In this document: in pieces, positions 50,377 to 62,363 of the stretch
Numbering within the stretch: the first letter of the stretch is position 1
Layout: every line of letters begins with the position of its first letter
NCBI GenBank assembly: GCA_022792395.1
Contig: JAAWAX010000046.1
Coordinates: forward strand, 4,513 to 68,512
Direction of reading: 5' to 3'
Length of the DNA stretch: 64,000 bases
From: Clostridia bacterium
GTDB lineage: Bacteria; Bacillota; Clostridia; TANB77; CAG-508
Notes under the pieces: generated by a model
The model's input: the letters and a program-made list of their open reading frames with translations, nothing else
The model's database searches: none
What the model was told of the DNA's origin: nothing
Translations under genes and position numbers: made by a program

Positions 50377-51225
50377 ATGACAATTAGAGAAGCTATAAGA
50401 AAAGCGACCATAAAATTAAAAATGCAAAATATTGATAGTCCAAAGTTAAAAGCTAGGTTATTAATGCAATTTATATTAGGGCAAACAAGACAATATATTA
50501 TGGTATATGATGAGAAAAAAATAACACAAGAGCAAGAAGAAAAATACTTTAAAAACGTAGAAAAAATAGGAAAAGGAATTCCTTTGCAACATATTACACA
50601 CCAACAAGAATTTATGAAAATGAATTTCTATGTCAATCAAGATGTATTAATACCAAGACCAGATACAGAAAATCTAGTAGAAGAAGTAATACAGATAGCC
50701 AACCAAATAAATGCAAAAAAAATTCTAGATTTATGTACTGGAAGTGGGGCAATTGCTATATCACTTGCTAAATATATAAAAGATAGCCAAATTACAGCAA
50801 GTGATATAAGTAAGAAAGCTTTAGAAATAGCAGAAAAAAATGCAAAAAATAATGAAGTAGATAAGCAAATTACATTTCTTACTTCTGATTTATTAGAAGG
50901 ATTGCCAAAAGAGAAATATGATATAATAGTATCCAATCCACCTTATATCAAAAGAGAAATCATAAGAACATTAGAGGAAGAAGTACAAAAAGAACCACTT
51001 ATGGCTTTAGATGGTGGATGGGATGGTTTAGACTTTTATCGAAAAATAATTCATCAAGCAGATGAATATTTGAAATATGGAGGATATTTATGTTTAGAAA
51101 TAGGATATGATCAAAAAATAGATGTGATTGAATTAATAGAACAAGAAGAAAAATATGTAGATACTTATTGCAAAAAAGATTTGTATGGGAATGATAGAGT
51201 AATTATTACAAAGGTAGGTGATTAA
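50377..51225 (+). CDS. prmC: peptide chain release factor N5-glutamine methyltransferase
   Basis: SAM-binding DLCTGSGAIAI and the catalytic NPPY motif (IVSNPPYI). Confidence 0.85.
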   Translation: MTIREAIRKATIKLKMQNIDSPKLKARLLMQFILGQTRQYIMVYDEKKITQEQEEKYFKNVEKIGKGIPLQHITHQQEFMKMNFYVNQDVLIPRPDTENLVEEVIQIANQINAKKILDLCTGSGAIAISLAKYIKDSQITASDISKKALEIAEKNAKNNEVDKQITFLTSDLLEGLPKEKYDIIVSNPPYIKREIIRTLEEEVQKEPLMALDGGWDGLDFYRKIIHQADEYLKYGGYLCLEIGYDQKIDVIELIEQEEKYVDTYCKKDLYGNDRVIITKVGD

Positions 51226-51226
51226 A

Positions 51227-52088
51227 GTGTCCTTTTCTTCTGACATAAAACAAGAATTAAATAAAAACAGTAGTTTATCCAATAAAGAGATTGTAAAAAA
51301 CGAATTGATTGGTTACTTAATATCTGGAAATACTAGTGTAATCGACCACAAAGAAATTAGATTTTCGACAGAAAGTGATTATAATATTAATCGATTTTCA
51401 AAACTTTTATCCAATTTAGATATCAACCATAAAATAGAAATCATACGGAAAAACATTTGTGATTACGGTAAAAATAAAAGAGATTAATATGATACCAATA
51501 CAAGACCAACAAATCTATTTTGTCATACCAAATCAGATAAAAGAAGAAAATTTGAAAGCCATTATTAGAGGTGCTTTTATGGGAGCAGGTTCTGTTAATA
51601 ATCCAGAAAAAGAATACCATTTAGAAGTTGATTTTGGAAATGAACAAAACTTACAAGAAATGAAAAAAGCATTACAACAATTGGGAATTTGCGTAAAAAC
51701 ATTACCATTAGTAATTTATATAAAAGAAGGAGAAGAAATTTCTAAATTTTTAGCATTAATAGGAGCCAATAAAGCTGTCATGCAATTTGAAGACATCAGA
51801 ATTCAAAAAGAAATGAGAGGAAAAGTCAATCGATTAGTAAATTGTGAAACAGCCAATTTAAATAAAACCATTAATGCCTCTATTGAACAAATTGCAGCGA
51901 TTAAAAAATTACAAGAAAACGGAAAATTTAAAAAATTAGAGGATAACTTAAAAGAAATAGCCATTTTACGATTAGAGAATCCAAATATATCGCTCATTGA
52001 ATTAGGAAAATTATTAAAAGAACCAGTAGGAAAATCGGGAGTTAACTATCGATTAAAGAAAATAATGGAAATAGCAAAAGGAGAATAA
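51227..52088 (+). CDS. whiA: DNA-binding sporulation/cell-division regulator WhiA, frame interrupted by a 1-nt insertion near 51467
   Basis: N-terminal SFSSDIKQEL, middle IRGAFMGAGSVNNPEKEYHLE and C-terminal NRLVNCETANLNK ... GKSGVNYRLKKI are collinear with WhiA. Split into 89-aa and 209-aa ORFs. Confidence 0.8.
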
Positions 52089-52120
52089 GTTTCCCCACTG
52101 GTTCCGGGTTTAAATGGGGA
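52089..52120. repeat. palindromic repeat family, half copy E (left arm only)
   Basis: GTTTCCCCACTGGTTCCGGGTTTAAATGGGGA sits directly after the whiA stop. Confidence 0.75.
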
Positions 52121-52148
52121 AAGGGATACTTAAAACAAGGAGTTTTGT

Positions 52149-53282
52149 ATGAAAAAAGAAGAATTAGGGATTTATATACATATTCCATTTTGCAAAAGCA
52201 AATGTTATTATTGTGATTTTACCTCTTATATCAATCAATGTGAAAAAATAGAAGGATACATACAAGAAGTCATAAAAGAAATGAATCAGCAAGATTTTAA
52301 CCAATATAATATTACTACTATTTATATAGGAGGAGGAACGCCTTCGTACATAGATGAAAAGTACATTAAATTGTTGGTAGAGAAATTAAAAGCTAAATTA
52401 ACTAAAAATCAAACCAAGTTTGAAGAAATAGAAATTACAATAGAAATAAATCCTGGAACAGTTACTAGGAAAAAGCTAGAACAATATAAAAAAGTAGGAA
52501 TTAATCGCATTAGTATTGGTTTACAAAGTACAAATGATAAATTGTTAAAACAGATAGGAAGAATTCATAGTTATCAAGAATTTTTAGAAGCCTATCAATT
52601 AGTAAAAGAAATAGGTTTTGAAAATATTAATATTGATTTAATGATTGGATTGCCAAATCAGACAATTCAAGATATAAAGCAAACACTGAAAGAAATAAAA
52701 AAATTAGAGCCAAATCATGTAAGTATCTATTCTTTAATCGTAGAAGAAGGAACAAAAATAGAATCGTTAATCAACAAAGGAGAATTGAAATTACCAGAGG
52801 AAGAAGTGGAAAGACAGATGTATTGGTATGTGAAAAACACTTTGGAATCAGAAGGATATCAGCATTATGAAATATCTAATTTTGCCAAAAAAGGAAAAGA
52901 GTCAAAACATAATAGGAATTGTTGGGAACAAAAAGAATATGCGGGATTAGGAGCAACGAGCCATTCTTATATAAAGGGTATTCGTTATTCCAATTCAGCT
53001 TTTACAGAAGATGGAAATTGGGATTTTACCAATAAAAAAATAGAAGAAAAACAAACTTTGGAAGACAAGAAAAAGGAATATATGTTATTGGGGTTAAGAA
53101 AAATAGAGGGGATAAGTATTCAAAAATTCAAAGAGAAGTATAGGGATAATCCTATTTTTCTGTTTCGAAAAGAAATAGATAAATTAGTAAAACAAGGATT
53201 ACTAGAAGTAGATGGGGATTGGATTCGATTGACAAGTAAAGGAATTGATTTTGCCAATTTAGTATGGCAAGAATTTGTGTGA
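52149..53282 (+). CDS. hemW: radical SAM heme chaperone HemW (HemN-like coproporphyrinogen oxidase family)
   Basis: YIHIPFCKSKCYYCDF CxxxCxxC radical-SAM motif at the N-terminus. About 377 aa. Confidence 0.8.
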   Translation: MKKEELGIYIHIPFCKSKCYYCDFTSYINQCEKIEGYIQEVIKEMNQQDFNQYNITTIYIGGGTPSYIDEKYIKLLVEKLKAKLTKNQTKFEEIEITIEINPGTVTRKKLEQYKKVGINRISIGLQSTNDKLLKQIGRIHSYQEFLEAYQLVKEIGFENINIDLMIGLPNQTIQDIKQTLKEIKKLEPNHVSIYSLIVEEGTKIESLINKGELKLPEEEVERQMYWYVKNTLESEGYQHYEISNFAKKGKESKHNRNCWEQKEYAGLGATSHSYIKGIRYSNSAFTEDGNWDFTNKKIEEKQTLEDKKKEYMLLGLRKIEGISIQKFKEKYRDNPIFLFRKEIDKLVKQGLLEVDGDWIRLTSKGIDFANLVWQEFV

Positions 53283-53311
53283 AATAAAAGAAAAAATGTT
53301 CGTAAAAAGTA

Positions 53312-53340
53312 TTGACAATTTGAAAAAATGGAGATACAAT
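53312..53340 (+). promoter_or_regulatory. recN promoter (TTGACA-17-TACAAT)
   Basis: Seen in the sequence. Confidence 0.5.
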
Positions 53341-53380
53341 AAAAGCGAACATTTTTTTAGTGAGAAAAGGAGGCAGTAAA

Positions 53381-55012
53381 ATGATAACAACATTACATAT
53401 CAAAAACATAGGAATTATAGAAGATATCACCATTGACTTTAATCAAGGATTAAATGTATTAACAGGAGAAACAGGAGCAGGAAAAACGTTAATTATAGAT
53501 TCTTTACAAATTATATCTGGGGGAAGATTTTCAAAAGAAATGATACGAAAAGGAGAAAATCAATCTTTTGTAGAAGTATGTATGTACGAACCAGAACATA
53601 AAAGTGCTATAGATGGTAACATTATTATTTCCAGAGAAATTAGTGTGAATGGTAAAAACTTATGCAAAATCAATGGAAGAATGGTAACCGTTAATGAACT
53701 AAAAGAATTTATGAATGAATTTATTGAAATACATGGACAAAATGACAATCAAAATCTATTAGAAAATAAAATGCACCTAAATTATTTAGATGGATTTATC
53801 GGAGATGGGATTTTAGATAAGAAGCAAAAATATATAGAACTATATGAACAATACTGTGAAATCAAACAAGAATTAAAGGCTAATTTTGGAGATGAAAAAG
53901 AAAGACAAAGGAAATTAGATTTATTACAATATCAAATTAAAGAAATAGAAGAAGCTAATTTGAAAGTAGAGGAAGAAGCGGATTTAGAAGAAAAAAGAAA
54001 AAGGATATTAAATGCAGAAAAAATAACAGAAAATTTACAAGAAGCAGATACCTTAATTTCAGAAAATAGCATTGATAGTATCAGTATGGCAATACGAGCT
54101 ATGGAAAAAATTGAGACCATTGATAGCAAATATGAAGAAGCTTCTAGTAATCTTAAAAATATCTATTATGAATTACAAGAATTAGCAAGAGATGTAAATA
54201 ACTATCGAAATGATATAGATTTTAGTGATGAAGAAAGAGATTTTATAGAAGAAAGATTAGATTTAATCTATACGCTAAAGAGGAAATATGGGAATACAAT
54301 AAAGGAAATCTTAAAGTACAAAGAAAATAGTAAAGAAGAAGTAGAACATATAGAAAATTTAGAAGAATATAATGAGAAATTAAGAAAAAAGCAAAAAGAA
54401 GTAGAAGAACAAATGAAAGTATTAGCAGACCAGATGCATCAAACAAGAAAGAAAAAAGCAAAAGAATTAAGTGATAAAATCAATCAAGAATTAGAAGAAC
54501 TAGAAATGAAAAATGCTAATATCCATGTAAAAGTTATGTATTTAGAAAACGAATACTTAAAAACAGGAAAAGATAGTGTGACTTTCTACATGGTAACTAA
54601 CAAAGGAGAAGAAGAAAAAGAATTATCTAAAATAGCATCAGGAGGAGAGATGTCAAGAACGATGCTCGCTATCAAGAAAGTTCTAGCAGATAGTGACAAA
54701 ATGCCAATCCTTGTATTTGATGAAATTGATACAGGAATTAGTGGAAAAGCAGCTAATTCAGTAGCTAATAAACTAAAAAGAATTGCCAATCGCCATCAAG
54801 TTATGTGTATTTCACATTTACCTAATATAGCAGCTATGGCAGATTACAATTATTTTATTAGTAAAGAAATTTATCAAGATAGAACGAAAACACAAATTAG
54901 ATTATTACAAGAAAAAGAAGTAATTGAAGAAATTGCAAGAATTTCTTCTGGAGAAATAAATGAAGTTAGCTTACAATATGCAAGTGAATTAAGGAACAAA
55001 AAAGCCTCTTAA
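53381..55012 (+). CDS. recN: DNA repair protein RecN
   Basis: N-terminal Walker A LNVLTGETGAGKT, long coiled-coil and a C-terminal signature/Walker B region. ATG at 53381 preferred. Confidence 0.85.
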   Translation: MITTLHIKNIGIIEDITIDFNQGLNVLTGETGAGKTLIIDSLQIISGGRFSKEMIRKGENQSFVEVCMYEPEHKSAIDGNIIISREISVNGKNLCKINGRMVTVNELKEFMNEFIEIHGQNDNQNLLENKMHLNYLDGFIGDGILDKKQKYIELYEQYCEIKQELKANFGDEKERQRKLDLLQYQIKEIEEANLKVEEEADLEEKRKRILNAEKITENLQEADTLISENSIDSISMAIRAMEKIETIDSKYEEASSNLKNIYYELQELARDVNNYRNDIDFSDEERDFIEERLDLIYTLKRKYGNTIKEILKYKENSKEEVEHIENLEEYNEKLRKKQKEVEEQMKVLADQMHQTRKKKAKELSDKINQELEELEMKNANIHVKVMYLENEYLKTGKDSVTFYMVTNKGEEEKELSKIASGGEMSRTMLAIKKVLADSDKMPILVFDEIDTGISGKAANSVANKLKRIANRHQVMCISHLPNIAAMADYNYFISKEIYQDRTKTQIRLLQEKEVIEEIARISSGEINEVSLQYASELRNKKAS

Positions 55013-55054
55013 ATTTTTGTTCCAATGTTAAGTGAAATAAATTTTATTTAAAAG

Positions 55055-55118
55055 AAAAAAGTGACATGCCTAAATTTCCAACCTTTTTGGATTGGTAATT
55101 TAGGTATGTCATTTTTTT
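55055..55118 (+). terminator. rho-independent terminator after recN (long stem, TTTTTTT tract)
   Basis: AAAAAAGTGACATGCCTAAATT ... AATTTAGGTATGTCATTTTTTT. Confidence 0.65.
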
Positions 55119-55224
55119 GTTTATATAATAGAAAAGTCATATAGCAATCAGTCCACTATTGTTCTTTTTTGCATAAAATAGAAAAAAATGGATAAAATGA
55201 AAAAGAAGAAGGGAGAGTATAGAA

Positions 55225-56500
<1,276 letters not shown>

Positions 56501-56513
56501 AAGAAATTAAAAA

Positions 56514-56589
56514 ATTCCCCACTAGTTCCGGGTTTAAATGGGGATAGTTATTTGAACTATCCCCATTTAAACCCGGAACTAGTGGGGAA
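56514..56589. repeat. palindromic intergenic repeat, copy F (perfect; the loop itself is palindromic)
   Basis: TTCCCCACTAGTTCCGGGTTTAAATGGGGATAGTTATTTGAACTATCCCCATTTAAACCCGGAACTAGTGGGGAA lies between convergent eno and the vWA gene. Confidence 0.85.
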
Positions 56590-56643
56590 AACGATTTGAA
56601 AGAAAAATGCCAATGATGTAAATTCATTGGCATTTCTTAAAAT

Positions 56644-57999
56644 TTAATTTGTTTTTTTATGAAAAACAAGTAATTGTAAAGCTGTGTAAATAAGTAATCC
56701 AATAGCTAAAATAACAAGACCGATAAAAGTAATATTTCCTGCTTTTGGTAATACAACTGGTGTATCTTCTAATAAAAGTTTTGGTGAAATATCAGATGTT
56801 TTAGTTTGTATTTTATCATCAACATCTGTATAATTAATATCAACTTTTTGGTTAGTATTTAGTACTTTATCAATAATAGAACTATCAAAATTTTCTTTTA
56901 GTTTCAATTTATATTGAACAGTAGCTGTTTGCCCACTTGCTAATTCAGGTATTGTCCAAGTAATAGAATTATTTGTAGTATCTATGGTAGAAGAGATATT
57001 TCCAATATTAGCTTTTGATACATAAGCAAATGCAAAGTTTTTAACAATTTCTTCTGGAAAATAATCCACAACAGTAATATCTTTTAAAGTTTTTTCAATT
57101 GGTACTAAATCATTGTATATATCATTTGTAATCGTTTGTTCAATGTCAGCATCTTTTGTATAATAGAATTTGCCAGCTGTTGGATTAGTAGGTGTACCAA
57201 ATATTTCTTCTATAATTTGGTCGAAAGTTTTATTAGTAGTATTAGGAACAGTAGAACCATTCTCGATTTCTGTTAGCATAGTAATTATTTCAATGCCTTG
57301 CTCATCTAAAGTTTTTAATTGCTGATTTGTTTTTTCAATTACATCATCAGAATAATAGGCAATTTGATAATCAATTGCTATATTAGGAACACCATCTGTT
57401 AAAACAATCATATACTTATTATTTTTTTCATTTGAAAATTGTTGGTTTGCTAAAACTAGACCAGATTGTAAGTCAGTTCTAACTCCTGTCATTTCTATAT
57501 TAGAAATAGCATTTGTTAAAGTAGCGACATTATTAGATAGAGGTAAAACTAAAGAGGCATCTTCAATAGTTCCTTCTTTATCATAATCAGTATTACTTGA
57601 AAAACTAACAACTCCTATTTTTAAAGCAGTATTATCTTTTAGAAGGCTAGAAATTAAGGAATTTGCAGATTCAACAATAGCATCTTTTCTAGTTTTATTT
57701 TCAGAAATATTAACAGTCATACTATCAGAATTATCTAACACTAACATAATTTCACCAGTTGGTTTATTGGCAATTTCTTCATTGGTAACTTGTAATTGTA
57801 GAGTTACCTCTTTATTCGCTAAATCTTTGCTTATCAATTTTTTCTCAAATTTAGAATTTTGTCCTAATCCAATCGTACAAATCGGTTCTTCTACTACACT
57901 CATGGTAACGGTACTATAAGAAGCAAACGAAACATGAGATATTAAAATAATCATTAAAAATAGTCCGATAAAAATTTTACTTTTCATATTAAAATACAC
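56644..57999 (-). CDS. cell-surface von Willebrand factor A (vWA) domain protein with a C-terminal LPxTG-like sorting signal
   Basis: N-terminal signal peptide. MIDAS motif LVLDNSDSM. C-terminal LPKAGN followed by a TM helix and a HKKTN positive tail. Confidence 0.7.
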   Translation of the reverse strand: MYFNMKSKIFIGLFLMIILISHVSFASYSTVTMSVVEEPICTIGLGQNSKFEKKLISKDLANKEVTLQLQVTNEEIANKPTGEIMLVLDNSDSMTVNISENKTRKDAIVESANSLISSLLKDNTALKIGVVSFSSNTDYDKEGTIEDASLVLPLSNNVATLTNAISNIEMTGVRTDLQSGLVLANQQFSNEKNNKYMIVLTDGVPNIAIDYQIAYYSDDVIEKTNQQLKTLDEQGIEIITMLTEIENGSTVPNTTNKTFDQIIEEIFGTPTNPTAGKFYYTKDADIEQTITNDIYNDLVPIEKTLKDITVVDYFPEEIVKNFAFAYVSKANIGNISSTIDTTNNSITWTIPELASGQTATVQYKLKLKENFDSSIIDKVLNTNQKVDINYTDVDDKIQTKTSDISPKLLLEDTPVVLPKAGNITFIGLVILAIGLLIYTALQLLVFHKKTN

Positions 58000-58181
58000 T
58001 TCCTTTTAATCAAAAATATACATAAGTATTTTAACACGATGACAAAGAAAAATACAAGTAATTTAGATTAAATATCATAAAAATTTAATCATATTACAAA
58101 AATGTTACAATCTTTCAATAATCTTATTTTTAACCGAAAGAAATAAGGTATAAAAAATATAAAAAAATTTTAGAAAAGGTA

Positions 58182-58210
58182 TTGACAAAAAATAAAATAG
58201 AAGATAAAAT
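58182..58210 (+). promoter_or_regulatory. promoter (TTGACA-17-TAAAAT) upstream of the YgjP-like gene
   Basis: Seen in the sequence. Confidence 0.45.
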
Positions 58211-58274
58211 AAGCACAACAAAAAAACGAACAACAATTCGAAGAACGAAAATTTGATGAAAAGTAAAAATAGGA

Positions 58275-58805
58275 GTGATGAAAATGAATCTAATAAAAAG
58301 AAATTTAAAAGTGAAAACAATAACAAACTGTAGTGTTGAAAGACATCCAGTTCCAGTATTAGGAATTGATTATAAAGTAAAAATAATTTACAAAAATATA
58401 AAAATTACAGAATTAGATGTTGAAAATACTACCATAAAAATATCACTTCCTAATCGTTATAAAAAAATGAATCATAAAGAAATGTTAGATTTAGCTATCG
58501 ATAAAATGTATGAACAAATTGCGAAAGTAGAAATTGAAAGAGCAATGGAAAAAACTAGAATCATGCTTGGATTTGCACCAGAAGAATTTGAAATAAAAAA
58601 GATGGCAAATCTAGGAAATTGTGAAAATAAAAAAATAACCATTCATCCAGAAATTGTTAAGTATAGCAGAAAAGTAATTGATTATGTGGTATTACATCAA
58701 TATTGTCACTTAAAACATAAAAATCATACAAAAGCATTTTTCAAAATGTTAGAGACATATTTCCCAGATTATAAAAAATGTGAAGAAATATTATTAAATT
58801 TGTAA
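58275..58805 (+). CDS. YgjP/DUF45-like (M48/WLM-type) putative metal-dependent hydrolase with an H-Q-x-x-H variant motif
   Basis: VVLHQYCHLKHKNHTKAFF corresponds to the YgjP HExxHL...H...F zinc-binding signature, with Glu replaced by Gln. Confidence 0.5.
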   Translation: MMKMNLIKRNLKVKTITNCSVERHPVPVLGIDYKVKIIYKNIKITELDVENTTIKISLPNRYKKMNHKEMLDLAIDKMYEQIAKVEIERAMEKTRIMLGFAPEEFEIKKMANLGNCENKKITIHPEIVKYSRKVIDYVVLHQYCHLKHKNHTKAFFKMLETYFPDYKKCEEILLNL

Positions 58806-58865
58806 AAGGAAAGAAAAAACTCCAGTTTATAAAATAATAAGCTGGAGTTTGAATCAATGTTACAA

Positions 58866-59327
58866 TTAGGACAATATTAGTTTAAGAATTTCTCTTTCCT
58901 TTGAAGATAATTTTGGAATAGCATTGTATAATTTTATTACCAGTTCTTTGTTTTCATTAGACATGTTAATTGTTTGTGCTAAAAGCTGATTGATGGTTTC
59001 TAAATCATTATTAGATAGTTTATCTAATAGAAAAAGCAGATAAGGAAAATCGTTAAAACTAGAAACTTTATCATATAGTTTTTTTGTTTCCAAATCTAAT
59101 TTTTCTTGAGTATATCCACCTAATTTTAATAATTCAAAGAAATTTAGCTCTAAAATAATACTCAATTTTAAAAAAATTTTCAAAGATGTTTTTCTGGTTG
59201 CTCCAGCCTCAAGTCGATTGATAATGGTTGGCGTACATCCTATTAATTCAGCAACATCTTTTTGCTTTAGACCTTTAGAAATCCGTGCATTTCTAATCAA
59301 AATTCCTAATTCGTTAGTATTCACCAT
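58866..59327 (-). CDS. XRE-family helix-turn-helix transcriptional regulator
   Basis: N-terminal IRNARISKGLKQKDVAELIGCTPTIINRLEAG is a classic HTH_3. Confidence 0.7.
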   Translation of the reverse strand: MVNTNELGILIRNARISKGLKQKDVAELIGCTPTIINRLEAGATRKTSLKIFLKLSIILELNFFELLKLGGYTQEKLDLETKKLYDKVSSFNDFPYLLFLLDKLSNNDLETINQLLAQTINMSNENKELVIKLYNAIPKLSSKEREILKLILS

Positions 59328-59535
59328 ATTAACCTCCTAGCAATTGCTTTATTTAGTTACTGTTTAATTACATTGTTACAATATTATTGATTTGTATGAT
59401 ATATTATCATAATTTTAATAAATTTACAATATTTTGAAATCAAATTGCAATTTATCTAGTTATTTTTACTAAAAAATTATCTTGTAAAAAATACAAAAAT
59501 TTGATATACTACGACTTGAGAAGTAAGGAGAAAAA

Positions 59536-61805
59536 ATGATAGCAGAAGTAATCATCAATCGAACAGCCAAAAAACTAAATAGAACTTTTGATTATCATGT
59601 CCCAACAGAACTAGAGGGACTTATTTTTGTTGGAAGCAAAATTTTAGTACCATTTGGAAGAGGAGAAAAATTAGAAGAAGCTTTTGTGGTAGGATTAAAA
59701 GAAAGAACAGATTATCCGAATAAAATGAAAGAAATAGCAAAACTAGAAGAACAACTAAAAGATGAACAAATAGAGTTAGCCAAATGGATGGCAAAGAGAT
59801 ATTTTTGTAACCTATCGGATTGTATTAAATTAATGCTAACACCAGGAACAAGAACCAAAAATAAGGAAAAAAGAATTCAAGAAAAAAACATTAATTGTGT
59901 ATATTTAGGAAAAGAGATAGAAGAGATAGAATTTGCTATTGAAATGGGAGAAATAAAATCAGATAAACAGAAAAAAATCATCTATTTTGTAAAAGATAAT
60001 GAAGGAGTAACCATACCAGAAATAGAAATGTTTACAGATTGCTCAAGGGCAATTGTTAACACCTTAATCAAAAATGGTTATTTAGAAATAATAGAACAAA
60101 AAGTAGATAGAAATCCGTTAGATTTAAAAGATGCAGAAACCATTAAGAAAACAGAAAAAACAGAAAAGTTAGAATTAACGGAAGAACAAGAAGATGCATA
60201 TCAAAAAATCAAAGAAAAAATAGAACAAAATAAGTATCAGTCTTTTTTATTATATGGCGTAACAGGTTCTCGGAAAGACAGAAATTTATTTACAATTGAT
60301 ACAACAAGTGATAGAACAAGAGAAAACAGCCATTTTATTAGTACCAGAAATATCTTTAACACCGCAAATGTTAGACCGATTTATTGCCCGATTTGGAAAA
60401 GAAGAGCTTGCCGTATTACATAGCAAATTATCGATAGGAGAAAGGCATGATGAATGGGAGAGAATCAAAGAAGGAAAAGCGAAAATTGTAATAGGAGCTA
60501 GGTCAGCCATATTTGCACCAATAGAAAAAATAGGAATTATTATTATAGATGAGGAACACGACAGTTCTTATAAATCAGAAGCAAATCCTAAATATGATGC
60601 CAAAGAAGTAGCCAAAAAAATAGCAAAGCAGAGTCAATGTCCTTTAATATTAGGAAGTGCAACACCAGATATCAGAACTTATTATGAGGCGATAAAAAAA
60701 GAGAATAAGGAAGTAGAATTACTAACTTTAACCAAAAGAGCCAATCAATCTTCTTTGCCAAAAGTACAAGTAGTAGACTTAAAACAAGAATTAGTGAATG
60801 GAAATCGATCCATGTTAAGCATGGATTTATATACAGCGATAGAAGAAAATTTGAAAGAAAAAAGACAAACAATTTTGTTTTTAAATAGAAGAGGATATTC
60901 TACCTTTATTATGTGTAGAAATTGTGGATATACCGTAAAATGCAAAAACTGTAACATTAGCATGACCTATCATAGTTATGAGAAAAAACTAAAATGTCAT
61001 TATTGTGGATACGAAGAAAAAATTGTAACAGAATGTCCAGAATGTCATAGTGATAAAATACGATATTTTGGAACAGGAACGCAAAAACTAGAACAAGAAA
61101 TTCAAAAGCAATTTCCAAAAGCTAGTACCATACGAATGGACATAGATACCGTAACCAAGAAAAACTCACATGAAGAAATTTTAAATCGATTTAGAAATGA
61201 AAATATTAATATATTAATTGGAACACAGATGGTGGTAAAAGGTCATCATTTCCCTAATGTTACATTAGTAGGGGTTATTGCTGCAGATAGTTCTTTAAAT
61301 ATAGATGATTATAGAGCGAATGAACGAACTTTCCAAATTTTAACACAAGTGGCTCGGTAGAGCTGGAAGAGAAAATTTACCAGGAAAAGTAATGATTCAA
61401 AGCTATAATCCAGAGAATTTTAGTATACAATGTGCAAAAAAACAAAAATATGAAGCATTTTATGAAACTGAAATAGCTTTGCGTAAACAGTTGAAATATC
61501 CACCATTTTGCGATATAATAGTAGTGAATTTTAATAGCTTGCTAGAAGAAGAAATCAAACAATCCAGTCAATGGATTTACGAGTATCTGAAAAATAATTT
61601 GGAAGAAGAGCAGTTTAGAGTGTTTAAACCAATGCCGGCACCAATTGATAAAATACAAAATAGAATACGTTATCGAATTATCATAAAAGGAAATATGACA
61701 CAGCAAGCTAACGAAATATGTAATCAATGTTTAAAAGAAATTTATCATAAAAATTTAAAAACAACTAGAATAACAATTGATGTAAATCCCAATAATATGA
61801 TGTAA
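59536..61805 (+). CDS. priA: primosomal protein N' (PriA helicase), frame interrupted twice (1-nt insertions near 60271 and 61355)
   Basis: N-terminal 3'-DNA-binding domain (MIAEVIINRTAKKLNRTFDYHVP). The Walker A GVTGS[G]KTEIY is broken by the insertion. DEEH helicase motif, Cys4 zinc motifs CRNCGY ... CKNC ... CHYCGY ... CPEC. C-terminal QVA[G]RAGRE is broken again. Three ORFs, together about 760 aa. Confidence 0.8.
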
Positions 61806-61817
61806 GGAGTAAAAAAG

Positions 61818-62297
61818 ATGGCAATTAGAAATTTAAGATTAGAAGGAGACGAAATTTTAAAAAAGAAATCGAGAGAAGTAGAAAATATCGATGAAAAGTT
61901 ACAAATCCTAATTGATGATATGATTGAAACCATGCATAAATACAATGGCGTAGGACTTGCTGCTGTACAAGTAGGAGTATTGAAAAGAGTGATTGTAATT
62001 GATTTGTATGATGACAAAGGACCAATTGTATTCATCAATCCAGTTATTATAAAAACCAAAGGAGAGCAAGAAGTAGAGGAAGGATGTTTAAGTTTTCCGA
62101 ATCAATTTGCCAAAGTGATAAGACCAGAAGAAGTAATAGCAGAGTATACAAATAGAGAAGGAAAGAGAATGCGAGTAAAAGCAAAAGAGTTATTAGCACA
62201 AGCAATCTGTCATGAAGTAGATCATTTAAATGGAGAAGTTTTCATGGATAAAATTATACCAGGAACTTTAGAATATGTAGAACCAGAAAAAGAGTAA
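61818..62297 (+). CDS. def: peptide deformylase
   Basis: GVGLAAVQVG, EGCLSFP and HEVDHLNG are the three canonical PDF motifs. Confidence 0.9.
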   Translation: MAIRNLRLEGDEILKKKSREVENIDEKLQILIDDMIETMHKYNGVGLAAVQVGVLKRVIVIDLYDDKGPIVFINPVIIKTKGEQEVEEGCLSFPNQFAKVIRPEEVIAEYTNREGKRMRVKAKELLAQAICHEVDHLNGEVFMDKIIPGTLEYVEPEKE

Positions 62298-62363
62298 TGT
62301 AAAGAAAAGAAGTTTTTTGTGATAGAGTCAAAAAACTTCTTTCAAAATAAAAGGAAGTTAGAT

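Noticed and set aside
53360-53380. Longer recN start (MRKGGSKM...)
   Set aside because: The conserved RecN N-terminus begins at MITTLHIKN (53381), and the promoter -10 sits at 53335-53340, leaving no room for the extension.
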